Positions 20,383 through 30,083 of a stretch of DNA of 64,000 bases are shown here, one piece after another. Below the pieces are notes generated by a model that saw only the letters and a list, made by a program, of their open reading frames with translations, was not told the DNA's origin and did not search any database. Positions within the stretch are counted from its first letter, which is position 1. Every line of letters starts with the position of its first letter. Source of the DNA: an uncultured Candidatus Rokubacteria bacterium (GTDB lineage Bacteria; Methylomirabilota; Methylomirabilia; Rokubacteriales; DASRDR01); the NCBI GenBank assembly GCA_963708025.1, contig CAVPSB010000025.1, forward strand, positions 96,001-160,000, read 5' to 3'. The position numbers and the translations under genes were made by a program.

Positions 20383-20423
20383 CCCCTGTCAAGGGCCGTC
20401 CGGGGCTGTCCAGGGCTGTCCAG
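20383..20423 (-). promoter_or_regulatory. Candidate promoter (-35 TTGACA at 20387-20392) within four 10-bp direct repeats
   Basis: Minus strand CTGGACAGCC CTGGACAGCC CCGGACGGCC CTTGACAGGG. Confidence 0.5.
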
Positions 20424-20437
20424 AACCCCCCGGATGA

Positions 20438-21451
20438 CTACCGCACCTTCAGCCGGACGATCCGGTGATGCGACGATTCGGCGATGTAGAGGTAGCCGTG
20501 GTCGTCGAGGGCGATGCCCGCGGGATCCCGGAGACCCTCCGCCACCGTCTCCACGGCGCCGTTCGGCGACACGCGGAAGACGCGAGCCACGTGGAACCCA
20601 CCGCTGACGAAGAGGGTGCCGTCGGGCGCGGCCAGCATGCTGGTCCGGTTGTACTCCCCGTGACGCGGCAGCCGGGTCAGCCGGCCCACGGCGCCGTCGG
20701 GGAGCAGGCGGAGCAGGGCGCCGGTGGGCTCGAGTAGCGCGACCTCACCCGAGGGGAGCGGCGCCACTGCGACGAAATGCCCCATGTATCCCGGGGTCCT
20801 GGTCTCGCCCGAGCGCGGGAACAGGGGGACGAGCCGATCGAGCTGCCGGGGCAGGGCGAAGGTCGGGTCGAGCGTCAGCCGGAACAGGAGGGGGCCCCGG
20901 TAGTCGTCCTCGCGGAGCGGCTCCAGGCCACGGGGCCCGCTGTCCTCGCCCGGCGCCAGCGTCCGATCGATGAAATCGAGGACCAGGAGCCGTCCCTCCG
21001 CGTCGAAGGCCAGCGCGCCGCCCGCCGGCACCCGGTGGAGGCCGATGGCGTAGCGAGCCAGCCGGCCGTCCGGCTCGAGGCGGTAGACACGGGTCCCGTT
21101 CTCTTCCCCCAGGAACAGCCGGCGAGTGGCCGGGTCGAGGGCGAGGCTGCCCAGCGTCGCCGTCCGGCCGTCGCTGAAGCCGAGGCGCCGGGAGGCCTGC
21201 ATCCCCAGGTCGACGGGCAGTCGCCCGTCCAGCTCGATGTGGTACAGCTCGCCGGCCGCGTCGCCGCGCAGTCCGGGACCCAGCACGGTGAGCGTGCGGC
21301 CATCCACCACGACCTGGGCTGGCCGCGGGATTCCGGTCGCCACCACCTCCGGCCGACCCGGCCCGGCCGCCGGGCCCGGAGCCTGGGCGCCCGCGGTCGA
21401 GAGCAGGCCGAGCGTCAGGAGGACCGGGGTCCAGCGGGGGAGCCGGCTCAC
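20438..21451 (-). CDS. Secreted beta-propeller (NHL/SMP-30-like) protein
   Basis: Signal peptide; repeats such as LAFDAEGRLLV and PAGIALDDHGYLYIAES. Confidence 0.7.
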   Translation of the reverse strand: MSRLPRWTPVLLTLGLLSTAGAQAPGPAAGPGRPEVVATGIPRPAQVVVDGRTLTVLGPGLRGDAAGELYHIELDGRLPVDLGMQASRRLGFSDGRTATLGSLALDPATRRLFLGEENGTRVYRLEPDGRLARYAIGLHRVPAGGALAFDAEGRLLVLDFIDRTLAPGEDSGPRGLEPLREDDYRGPLLFRLTLDPTFALPRQLDRLVPLFPRSGETRTPGYMGHFVAVAPLPSGEVALLEPTGALLRLLPDGAVGRLTRLPRHGEYNRTSMLAAPDGTLFVSGGFHVARVFRVSPNGAVETVAEGLRDPAGIALDDHGYLYIAESSHHRIVRLKVR

Positions 21452-21506
21452 CGGCCCCGGCCGGCCGCGACCGGCCGCCGGCTCCCGCCGCCACACCGCC
21501 GGGTGG

Positions 21507-22796
21507 CTACACGAACTTCGAGTAGATGGCCCGGAGCTTGTCCTCGCCCCACTTGACCGTGGCCTCGAGGTCCATCTTGTCCGCGCAGAACTGGGCCACG
21601 GCATCGATCATCACGAACTGCTGGTAGACCTCGTCGGCGGCCGGGGTCAGGGGCCCGGGGTACCCGACGGTCACGTGGTACTCCGGCGACTTCTCGAGGA
21701 CCTTGAGCTTGGGGTCCTCGCTGATGATCGGCAGCGGACCCTTGGCGAATTCCTTGAGGAACGGGTTGTTGTAGCCGGTGGACGCCTTGAAGGCCTCCTT
21801 GAAGTTGTCCGTGAGGGACTCCAGGTACGCCCGGGCGATGTCCTGGTTCTTGGAGAACTTCGTGATCCCGTTGGCCAGGCAGTTGGCGAAGGAGAGCCGC
21901 GTCACCGGGCCCCGGGGCGAGAGCTGGATGTGGATCTTGGACGCCAGCTCCTTGTTCTCCTTCTCGATCGACCGGTAGGCGCTGATCGGGTTGTGGATCC
22001 AGGACCCGCGGCCGGAGGCGAGGAAGCGGTTGTTCGAGGAGTCGTCCCAGGCCAGGACCTCGGGCGTCATCGTGTCCTTGTAGAGCGCCTTCATGTACTT
22101 GAGCGCCTCGCGGACCTCCTTCGAGTTCCACGTGATCGTCTTTCCGTCCTTGCCGACCTCCGACCCGCCGTAGCACCACATGATCCCGCGCCAGGAGTTC
22201 CGCGAGTCGTTGTGGTGGGCGAGGCCGATCCCGACCGGGAAGCCCTTGGCCTTGAGCTTGATCCCGCCCTTGTGGAGGTCGTCCCAGGAGTCGGGGCCGT
22301 TGGGCATGCCGGCGTGCTCGGTCCAGAGGTCCTTGCGGTACAGGCCCGGGAAGTCGATGAAGAAATCGGGGATGGAGTAGAAGCGCCCCTTGTAGCTGGA
22401 GTAGTTCTCGCCCAGCGGGGTCCAGCCCCCGTACTTCTTGCCGAGCTTCTCGCCCAGGTCGTGGAGGTCGATCAGCGCCGGGGCGAACTTCTCGGTGCCG
22501 GACGCGATGAGCAGGACGACGTCGTGACCCGACTGGGTGGCCACCTCGGCGGCGATCTTCGCCGGGAGCTGGAGGTGCGGGATGTGGTCGACGGTGGCCT
22601 TGACGCCGTTCTTGGCGCCCCACTCGGCCACGAACTGGTCGAGCCACTTGTCGTACTCCGGCACGAAGTGGCTCCAGGTCAGGATCTTCAGCTCCTTCTG
22701 CTGGGCCCAGCTGGGTCGGATCCAGGCGTGCGGGGCCACCGCCGCCGCCGCGCCGGCGGTGGCGCCGAGGAACTGCCGTCGGGTGAGCTTGGCCAT
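21507..22796 (-). CDS. Tat-exported carbohydrate-type ABC substrate-binding protein
   Basis: TRRQFL Tat motif; WDDSSNNR. Confidence 0.9.
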   Translation of the reverse strand: MAKLTRRQFLGATAGAAAAVAPHAWIRPSWAQQKELKILTWSHFVPEYDKWLDQFVAEWGAKNGVKATVDHIPHLQLPAKIAAEVATQSGHDVVLLIASGTEKFAPALIDLHDLGEKLGKKYGGWTPLGENYSSYKGRFYSIPDFFIDFPGLYRKDLWTEHAGMPNGPDSWDDLHKGGIKLKAKGFPVGIGLAHHNDSRNSWRGIMWCYGGSEVGKDGKTITWNSKEVREALKYMKALYKDTMTPEVLAWDDSSNNRFLASGRGSWIHNPISAYRSIEKENKELASKIHIQLSPRGPVTRLSFANCLANGITKFSKNQDIARAYLESLTDNFKEAFKASTGYNNPFLKEFAKGPLPIISEDPKLKVLEKSPEYHVTVGYPGPLTPAADEVYQQFVMIDAVAQFCADKMDLEATVKWGEDKLRAIYSKFV

Positions 22797-22825
22797 GTGC
22801 TCCTCCTTGGGTGAAGGGTTGCGCG

Positions 22826-23677
22826 CTACTTGAGCGCCCCGGCCGTCAGCCCGTGGATGAAGTGGTCCAGGCTGAAGGCATAGATGATCGCCACCGGAAT
22901 GGCGCCGAGCAGGGCGCCCGACATCAGAGACCCCCAGTAGAAGACGTCCCCCCGGATGAGATCCGTCGTCACCCCGTACGCGATGGTCTTGTTGGCCGAG
23001 GCGGAGATGAAGGTCAGCGCGTAGATGAACTCCTGATACGTGAGCGTGAAGGCGAAGATCCCGGCGGTGATGATGCCGGGCACGATGACCGGGATGATGA
23101 TCCGGCTGAAGGCCTGGAACCGCGTGCAGCCGTCGATCTGCGCGCTCTCCTCGATCTCGCGGGGGACGGTGCGGACGAAGCCCATGAGCAGCCAGGTGCA
23201 GAAGGGGACGGTGAACGAGGGATAGACAGCGATCAGCGACCAGACCGAGTCGGTGAAGCCGAGGCCGCGGACGAGCTGGGAGAGCGGCAGGAAGAGCAGC
23301 GCCGGCGGGATCAGGTAGGACAGGAACATCGCGATGGAGAGCGTCTGGTTGCCCGGGAAGCGCATCCGGGCCAGTGCGTAGGCCGCCGGCAGGCCCAGGA
23401 GGAGCGTGATGACGACCACCGACAGGCCGACCAGGACGCTGTTCTGCAGCCAGGTCAGGAACAGCGTGTCCTGGAGGAGCAGCCGGAGGTGTTCCAGCGT
23501 CGGCGCCTCCTTGAACCAGAACGGGGCGGTGGTCAGGTTGTAGAGGTCGTTGTTGCGCTTGAAGGCGGTGATGACCATCCAGTAGAAGGGGAAGAGGACG
23601 ACGAAGAGGTAGGGCGACAGCGGCAGGTAGGGGCCGTAGTCTCGCTTGAATTTCCGCCAGGCGGCCCGGGCCGTCAT
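22826..23677 (-). CDS. Carbohydrate ABC permease
   Basis: EAA loop EIEESAQIDG. Confidence 0.92.
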   Translation of the reverse strand: MTARAAWRKFKRDYGPYLPLSPYLFVVLFPFYWMVITAFKRNNDLYNLTTAPFWFKEAPTLEHLRLLLQDTLFLTWLQNSVLVGLSVVVITLLLGLPAAYALARMRFPGNQTLSIAMFLSYLIPPALLFLPLSQLVRGLGFTDSVWSLIAVYPSFTVPFCTWLLMGFVRTVPREIEESAQIDGCTRFQAFSRIIIPVIVPGIITAGIFAFTLTYQEFIYALTFISASANKTIAYGVTTDLIRGDVFYWGSLMSGALLGAIPVAIIYAFSLDHFIHGLTAGALK

Positions 23678-23678
23678 C

Positions 23679-24626
23679 CTATTCCCTCCGTAGCACGCGC
23701 AGCAGGAATATGACCATCACCGCCAGCAGCGGGAAGATGAACAGCGTGATGGCGGCACCCATCCCGATGTCGCCGGCATTGATCCCGATGTTGTAGGCGT
23801 AGGTCCCGAAGACGTGCGTGGTGTTGTACGGGCCGCCCTGGGTCAGGAGCCAGACGGCGGAGAAGTCGGTGAACGAGAAGACGATCGAGTAGAGCAGCCC
23901 GACGAACAGGATCGGGCGGATCATCGGCACCACCACGTAGTGGAAGCGGCGCAGCGGCCCGGCCCCGTCGATCTTGGCCGCCTCGATCACCTCCTGGGGC
24001 ACCGCGGTGAGGCCGGCCAGCAGGATCACCGCCGAGAACGGGAAGCCCCGCCAGACGTTCAGGATGATCACCGACCACATGGCCAGCCCCGGCTCCCCCA
24101 GCCACTGCCACGGGTAGTCGATCAGGCCGACCTTCATCAGCATCCAGTTGATGACGCTGTAGAGCGAGTCGAACATCCACTTCCAGGCCAGGGAGGAGAG
24201 CGCGATGGGGATGACGAACGGGATGAGGATCAGTCCCTGAACCAGCCGCTTGCCCTTGAACGAGCGGTTGAGCGCGAACGCCAGCGGCAGGCCGATGACG
24301 AGCCGGATCAGCTCGGAGCCGAAGGTGAAGACGAACGAGTTCCGGACGGTCTGCCAGAAGACCGGATCGTCGAAGAGCCGGGAATAGTTGAGGAGGCCGA
24401 CGAAGTGGGACTCCGTCGAGCCGACCCGGGCGCTGGAGACGCTGAGGTAGATCGACATGACGAACGGGTAGGCGATGAAGAACGCGAGGTAGAGAAAGGC
24501 GGGCGCGACCCACAGGAGGCCCTGGATGCTCTCCCGTCCCAGCCTCAGCGTGGCAAGCCAGGCCTGGGGCTGAGGGACGGCCACGGCGGCAGTCGGCCGC
24601 CCCGCGTATTCCTGGCCGTTGCTCAC
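23679..24626 (-). CDS. Carbohydrate ABC permease
   Basis: EAA loop EAAKIDGA. Confidence 0.92.
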   Translation of the reverse strand: MSNGQEYAGRPTAAVAVPQPQAWLATLRLGRESIQGLLWVAPAFLYLAFFIAYPFVMSIYLSVSSARVGSTESHFVGLLNYSRLFDDPVFWQTVRNSFVFTFGSELIRLVIGLPLAFALNRSFKGKRLVQGLILIPFVIPIALSSLAWKWMFDSLYSVINWMLMKVGLIDYPWQWLGEPGLAMWSVIILNVWRGFPFSAVILLAGLTAVPQEVIEAAKIDGAGPLRRFHYVVVPMIRPILFVGLLYSIVFSFTDFSAVWLLTQGGPYNTTHVFGTYAYNIGINAGDIGMGAAITLFIFPLLAVMVIFLLRVLRRE

Positions 24627-24647
24627 GGCATCCCGGGCGGCGCCCGA

Positions 24648-25529
24648 TCACCCCTTCACGGCGCCGGTGAGGCCGGCGACATAGTGCTCCACGAAGAAGG
24701 AGTAGATGAGCGCGACGGGCACCGAGCCCAGCAGGGCGCCCGCCATGAGCGGACCCCAGAAGAACACGTCCCCCCGGATCAGCTCGGAGACCACGCCGAC
24801 CGGCACCGTCTTCTGCTGGGGGGAGGAGAGGAAGATGAGGGCGTAGATGAACTCGTTCCAGGACAGGGTGAAGGCGAAGATCCCGGCCGAGAGGATCCCG
24901 GGCATGGCGATCGGGAAGACGATCTGGACCATCGCCCGGATACGGCTGGCCCCGTCGATGCGGGCGCACTCCTCGAGCTCCTTCGGGATCGTCTTGAAGT
25001 AGCCCATGAGGAGCCACGTGCAGAACGGGATGAGGAAGGTCGGGTAGGTCAGGATGAGCGACCACGGCGTGTCGCCGAGCCGGAAGTTCCGGATGATGTC
25101 GGCCAGGGGGATGAAGAGGAGTGTCGGCGGCACCAGGTAGGTGGCGAAGATGCCGGTGCCGATACCGCCCGCGAGCGGGAACTTGAGCCGGGCCAGCGCG
25201 TAGCCGGCCAGCAGGCCGCAGAAGATCGAGATGAGGGTCGAGATGAGCGCGATGAACATCGTGTTGTAGAGCCAGGTGCCGAACATCGTGTTCTTGAAGA
25301 GGTAGACGACGTGCTCGAACGTCGGGTGCGTGGTCCAGAAGGGCGTGTTGTTGACGGCGCGCCACGGCCGGTAGAGCTCCGCGTCCGGCCGGAAGGCGGT
25401 GATGAGCATCCAGTAGAACGGGAACAGCGTGCCGACGACGAAGACGGTGAGGGGGACGTAGAAGAAGACCCATTTGCGCCAGTGGGTGCCCTCGACCATC
25501 CCCGCGCCCGATCCCGCCCGGCCGGCCAT
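24648..25529 (-). CDS. Carbohydrate ABC permease
   Basis: ELEECARIDGA; start is ATG 25529 or 25499. Confidence 0.92.
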   Translation of the reverse strand: MAGRAGSGAGMVEGTHWRKWVFFYVPLTVFVVGTLFPFYWMLITAFRPDAELYRPWRAVNNTPFWTTHPTFEHVVYLFKNTMFGTWLYNTMFIALISTLISIFCGLLAGYALARLKFPLAGGIGTGIFATYLVPPTLLFIPLADIIRNFRLGDTPWSLILTYPTFLIPFCTWLLMGYFKTIPKELEECARIDGASRIRAMVQIVFPIAMPGILSAGIFAFTLSWNEFIYALIFLSSPQQKTVPVGVVSELIRGDVFFWGPLMAGALLGSVPVALIYSFFVEHYVAGLTGAVKG

Positions 25530-26521
25530 CAGGCGTTCTCCACCCTGCGGATGTACCAGAGCTGGATCACGACGATGAAGAAGAGCAGGGGGAACATCGC
25601 CAGCGAGGCCGCCGCCCCCTCGCCGAGCAGGCCGGTCGCGATGCCGATCTGGTAGGCGTAGGTGGCGAACAGGTGCGTCGAGTTGGCCGGCCCCCCGCCG
25701 GTGAGCACGTAGACGAGCTGGAAGTCGGCGAAGGTCTGGATGACCGAAAAGAGCGTCACCACCATCGTGACCGGCAGCAGCAGCGGCCAGGTGATCCGCC
25801 AGTAGCGCTGCCAGGCGTTGGCGCCGTCGATGGCCGCCGCCTCGTGCAGCTCGGGGTTCACCGTCTGGAGCCCGGCCAGGAGCGTGATGGCATAGAACGG
25901 CATGCCCCGCCAGACGTTCACGACGATGACCGACCCCAGGGCCAGCACGGGGTCGGTGAGCCAGCCGATCCGGGTCTGGATGACGCCCATGTGGTAGAGC
26001 GACCAGTTGAGCACGCTGAACGTCGGGTCGAACATCCACTTCCAGGCGAAGGTCGAGAGCACCGTCGGGATGATGAAGGGCAGGAGCATCGAGGCCCGGA
26101 CCAGCCGCTTGCCGCGGAAGTGGCGGTTGAGGAGCAGGGCCAGCCACATCCCCAGCGCGAGCTTGAAGACGGTGGCGATGCCCGTGTAGATGAAGGTGTT
26201 GTAGGCGGCCTGCTGGAAGATCGAGTCGTTCCAGATCTTGACGAAGTTCTTGAGCCCGACGAATAGCCCGGGATTACCCACGGTCGCGCTCGTCAGCGAC
26301 AGCCAGACGCCCTTGACGAAGGGATACGCGATGAACAGCGCGAGCAGGACGAGTGTGGGGAGGAGTAGCAGGAAGCCCAGGACCCGCTCGTCTTCCAAGA
26401 GCTGGGCCGCCCCGCCGCTCCGCCGGGCGGCGACGCGGAAGGTCGCGGGACGGGCGATGGCCTCCCCGACCGGGGCGGCGCCGCCCGCGACCGGCCTCAG
26501 GTGGGGATCAGGAACCGCCAC
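25529..26521 (-). CDS. Carbohydrate ABC permease
   Basis: EAAAIDGA; start uncertain. Confidence 0.9.
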   Translation of the reverse strand: MAVPDPHLRPVAGGAAPVGEAIARPATFRVAARRSGGAAQLLEDERVLGFLLLLPTLVLLALFIAYPFVKGVWLSLTSATVGNPGLFVGLKNFVKIWNDSIFQQAAYNTFIYTGIATVFKLALGMWLALLLNRHFRGKRLVRASMLLPFIIPTVLSTFAWKWMFDPTFSVLNWSLYHMGVIQTRIGWLTDPVLALGSVIVVNVWRGMPFYAITLLAGLQTVNPELHEAAAIDGANAWQRYWRITWPLLLPVTMVVTLFSVIQTFADFQLVYVLTGGGPANSTHLFATYAYQIGIATGLLGEGAAASLAMFPLLFFIVVIQLWYIRRVENA

Positions 26522-26607
26522 CGCCCCGTCCGCTCATCCGTCGAGTCTCTCCGTTGCCAGGCCACATGGCCGGAGGCGCCGGAAGACCGGCGCCTCCGGC
26601 GATCAGC

Positions 26608-27921
26608 CTACGCGTAGATCTTCTTTAGCTCGCTCTCCGCCCACTTGACCGCCTCTTCCGGCGCCATGCCCTGGACGGCCTTCGCGTACATGTTGGTGAT
26701 GATGTACTTGGTCTGGACCTCGGTCGCCTTGGCATTCGGGGGGCCGGCGTACCCGAACAGGCGGAACGCCCGGGCCCCGGTGCGGAAGGGCAGCATGACC
26801 GGATCCTCTTCCCACATCTTGTGCTTCTCCCACTCCGTGGTCGGGCCCACGCTGAAGCCCTTCTGGGAGAGGAACCAGGGCTCGTAGTTCTCCTTCTGGT
26901 GGAACCAGCGGAGGAAGTCCTTGGCGAGCTTCTGGTTCTTCGAGTACCCCATGACGGCGTGGTGGAAGGTCGTGTGGTTGAGGAAGGCCCCGGCCGGCCC
27001 GGCGGGGTTCGGCGCGTGCCGGATGTCGGTGTTCAGCAGGGCCCCCTTGTCGGTCTTGTACTTCTCCTTGCCCCGGAGCGACTCGATGTAGATCGACGCC
27101 CCGTTCAGGGTCGCGCAGATGGTACCGGACAGGAACGCCCGGTTGTTGTTCGAGTCGTCCCAGGCGAGCCCGCCCTCGTCGAACGCTTCCTTCCACATCG
27201 CGGCCATGAACTTGACCGACTCCAGCGTCTCCTTCGAGTTGATGGCGACGGTCTTGCCGTCGTTCTCGACCTCTTTGCCGCCGAAGGCCCAAAGGTACGT
27301 GTAGCTGAACGTCGGCGCGTCCCCGAAGGTCTGTCCCAGGGTCTGGCCGATCGGGTAGCCCTTGGCCTTGAGCTTCTTGCCGGCTTCCCGGTACTCCTGC
27401 CAGGTCTTCGGAAACTCTTTGTAGCCGGCCTCCTCGAAGAGCGACTTCCGGTAGGCGATCAGCGCGCCCACGACGGCGTGGGGCACCGCCAGGCGCTTGC
27501 CGCCGGGGCCGGCCGTCTGCAGGTTGATCGCCTCGTAGAAGCCGCCCTGGGCCTTGTTGATGTCCTGGTAGACGTCGCTGAGGTCCGCGACGCTATTGGC
27601 GTAGAGCTGGACCCAGTTGTGGAGCATGTGGAAGATGTCGGGTCCGTTGCTCGACTGGATGGCCGCGGTGGCTCGGGCCTGGATGTCGTTGGCGTTGATC
27701 GTTTCGAGCGTGATCTGGGCCCCCAGCGCCTTCTCGGCCGCCGGGACCGTCTTCGTCTTCAGCGTCTCGTCCGAGGCGGGCACGAAATCGACCCACCGCA
27801 CGATGTGGAGTTTCGTGCCCTGGGCGTAGGCCGGGGCCCGCCCGGAGGCCAGGATCCCGGCGACCCCGCCCGCCGCGGCCGCCCCGGTCACTCGCACGAA
27901 CGTTCGCCGATTCATCGTCAT
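26608..27921 (-). CDS. Tat-exported carbohydrate-type ABC substrate-binding protein
   Basis: MNRRTFV Tat motif; WDDSNNNR; paralog of 21507-22796; alternative in-frame start at 28035. Confidence 0.9.
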   Translation of the reverse strand: MTMNRRTFVRVTGAAAAGGVAGILASGRAPAYAQGTKLHIVRWVDFVPASDETLKTKTVPAAEKALGAQITLETINANDIQARATAAIQSSNGPDIFHMLHNWVQLYANSVADLSDVYQDINKAQGGFYEAINLQTAGPGGKRLAVPHAVVGALIAYRKSLFEEAGYKEFPKTWQEYREAGKKLKAKGYPIGQTLGQTFGDAPTFSYTYLWAFGGKEVENDGKTVAINSKETLESVKFMAAMWKEAFDEGGLAWDDSNNNRAFLSGTICATLNGASIYIESLRGKEKYKTDKGALLNTDIRHAPNPAGPAGAFLNHTTFHHAVMGYSKNQKLAKDFLRWFHQKENYEPWFLSQKGFSVGPTTEWEKHKMWEEDPVMLPFRTGARAFRLFGYAGPPNAKATEVQTKYIITNMYAKAVQGMAPEEAVKWAESELKKIYA

Positions 27922-28378
27922 GATTCCCTCCCGATCCTTGGCTGGCTGTCGAGACATCGCCGCCTCTGGTTGTGACATGGTCTTGAGAAACGCCCGGCGG
28001 CCGATCAGGGTTCGCCCGCTTCGCTCGCTGGCCATGCTGTGCCTCCTAGGTCGAGGATGGGACGTCCCAGCGGTTCCACCACCACGCGGATGCGCCCCTC
28101 GGACGGGGAGCCGTCCCGGGTGACGCACGGAGAGGCGAAGATCGGGGACCTGTGCACCGAGAGTTGAACCCTGGCCCGAGAACACCAGGATTGGCCATCG
28201 TATAGCATCGGGCCCCGAAGCTGTCAACCGGAAACCCAGCGCCGGGAATTCACGCCGGGGCGCGTTCCGGACGGTGGGTAGCCGGGCCGGCTCAGTGGCC
28301 GCAAGGAAAATGGCGGCGACTCCCAGTCCGACCACCCCACCGGCTTCTCGCAGCCCCCTGGCTCTGGCCGCGCGGCCG

Positions 28379-28455
28379 TGGGGTTCCGCTCCGAGCCGCG
28401 GCTTCGCCGCGCCCTCCGAGGGGGGGTCTCGGGGGGCTTCCGAGCCCCCCCGAGA
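28379..28455. repeat. Repeat family C copy downstream of the MFS gene
   Basis: Matches 183-262, with compensatory change in the terminal stem (GTCTTCCGAGAC vs GGCTTCCGAGCC). Confidence 0.8.
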
Positions 28456-28457
28456 TT

Positions 28458-29726
28458 CTAGCGGCCGCCGGCGAGCGCGGGGACGGGTCCCGGGGCCCGG
28501 AGGCCGAGCGCGGCGAGGACCGCCGCGACGCCGACCAGGGTGCTGCCGAGGTAGAGCGTCCAGTACGAGCCGAGCGAGTCGAAGACCAGGCCGCCCGCGT
28601 AGGCCCCCAGCCCCATGCCGATGGCCGAGATGAAGAAGATCCCGCCGAAGGCGGTCCCGATCACCCGCTCGCCGAAGTACTCGCGGGCGACCAGGGCGTA
28701 GAGGGGCATCGCCCCGCCGTACGTGAAGCCGAAGGCGAGCGCCACGGCGAACAGGGGGACCTGGTCGTGGGCGGCCAGGTAGGTCGAGAGGGCGACCGCC
28801 TGCAGGGCCAGCATCCCGACCAGCGCCGGCTTGGCCCCGAACCGGTCGGCCAGGAGCCCGCTGCTGATCCGGCCGCCGATGCTGGTGGCGCCGGAGAGCC
28901 CCAGCATGACGGCAGCGGCCATCCGGGGGACGCCGAGGTCCATCGCGTGCGTCACCATGTGGAAGATCGGGCCCGAGTGGGCGGCGCAGCAGCCGAAGTG
29001 CACGAGCCCGATCAGCCAGAACGCCGGGTGGCGGAGGGTCTGGCCCACGGTGAAGCGCCGGGCCGGGGTCGCGGGGGGCCTCGACAGGCTCGCGCCGGCC
29101 CCGTACTCCTGGAGCCCGAGGTCGGCCGGGCGGTCGTGGATCCACCGGATGACGGCGAGGCCGACGGCCCAGGTCAGGAGTCCGAAGAGCGCGAACGCCG
29201 CCCGCCACCCGAGCGCCGTGATGAGGGCCCGGGCGGTCGGCGGCACGATCATGATCCCGAGCCCCATGCCGGCGTTCAGCAGGCCGAGGGCCAGCCCCCG
29301 GCGGGCCGCGAACCAGCGGGTCGCGGTGGCCGAGAGGGGCACGTAGAAGGCGCTGGACCCGGCGGCGCCCAGGACGCCGAACGCGAGGTAGAGCTGCCAG
29401 GCGGCGCCGACCCGGCTCGACAGCAGCATGGCGAGTCCCAGGAGCAGGACGCCGAGGCCGACCACCCGCCGCGTGCCGATCCGGTCGGAGAGCGCGCCCC
29501 ACACGAAGGCCCCGAGCCCGAAGATCAGCCAGTTAACGAGCGCGACGCCCGAGATGAGGGAGCGACTCCAGCCGAACTCCTCCTCGAGCGGCTTGAGGAA
29601 CACGGCCAGGGACATGATGATGCCGATACCGACCGCCACGATGGCCACCGCGGCGGCCAGCACGATCCAGCCGTAGAAGACCCGCGGTCCGGCCGGGACC
29701 GCGCGCGCACCGGCGGGAGCAGACAC
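28458..29726 (-). CDS. MFS transporter (OFA-like)
   Basis: 12-TM pattern, GALSDRIGTR and GLLADRFG motif A; TATAAT just upstream of GTG suggests a leaderless mRNA. Confidence 0.88.
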   Translation of the reverse strand: MSAPAGARAVPAGPRVFYGWIVLAAAVAIVAVGIGIIMSLAVFLKPLEEEFGWSRSLISGVALVNWLIFGLGAFVWGALSDRIGTRRVVGLGVLLLGLAMLLSSRVGAAWQLYLAFGVLGAAGSSAFYVPLSATATRWFAARRGLALGLLNAGMGLGIMIVPPTARALITALGWRAAFALFGLLTWAVGLAVIRWIHDRPADLGLQEYGAGASLSRPPATPARRFTVGQTLRHPAFWLIGLVHFGCCAAHSGPIFHMVTHAMDLGVPRMAAAVMLGLSGATSIGGRISSGLLADRFGAKPALVGMLALQAVALSTYLAAHDQVPLFAVALAFGFTYGGAMPLYALVAREYFGERVIGTAFGGIFFISAIGMGLGAYAGGLVFDSLGSYWTLYLGSTLVGVAAVLAALGLRAPGPVPALAGGR

Positions 29727-29739
29727 GCCGCGGATTATA

Positions 29740-29925
29740 TCAGGCAGGGCGCCGCGGTGGACGGACCGGCACCCCCGCCCGCCGCGAGCACCCGGCGAGG
29801 ACGCCGGCCAGCCGGTCCACGGCCGCCTCGATCTCGGCCGCCGGGCACGCGGCGAAGCCGAGAACGAGCCCCGGCGGGCCAGGAGCCCGGACCCGGAACG
29901 CCGACAGGGGAACCGCCTCGATCCT
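29740..29925 (-). pseudogene. C-terminal remnant of a MocR/GabR-type PLP-dependent regulator
   Basis: IEAVPLSAF...PPGLVLGFAACPAAEIEAAVDRLAGVL is typical of MocR C-termini. Confidence 0.55.
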
Positions 29926-30083
29926 CCATGCTCCCTCCGTAAATGGCCTGCCAGTTTCCCGATAAATGGCCATTGTGGCAAGTCCACTCCCCGCCTACTC
30001 TGCGCGGGAGAGCGATGGGACCCGGGAATCCGGACGAGGGTGAGGTGACGGCGCGCCCCGCCGCTCGGCGCGCCCGGGAGAAC

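Noticed and set aside
20383-20423. Pho box
   Set aside because: The period is 10 bp rather than 11, and the orientation is opposite to canonical Pho boxes.
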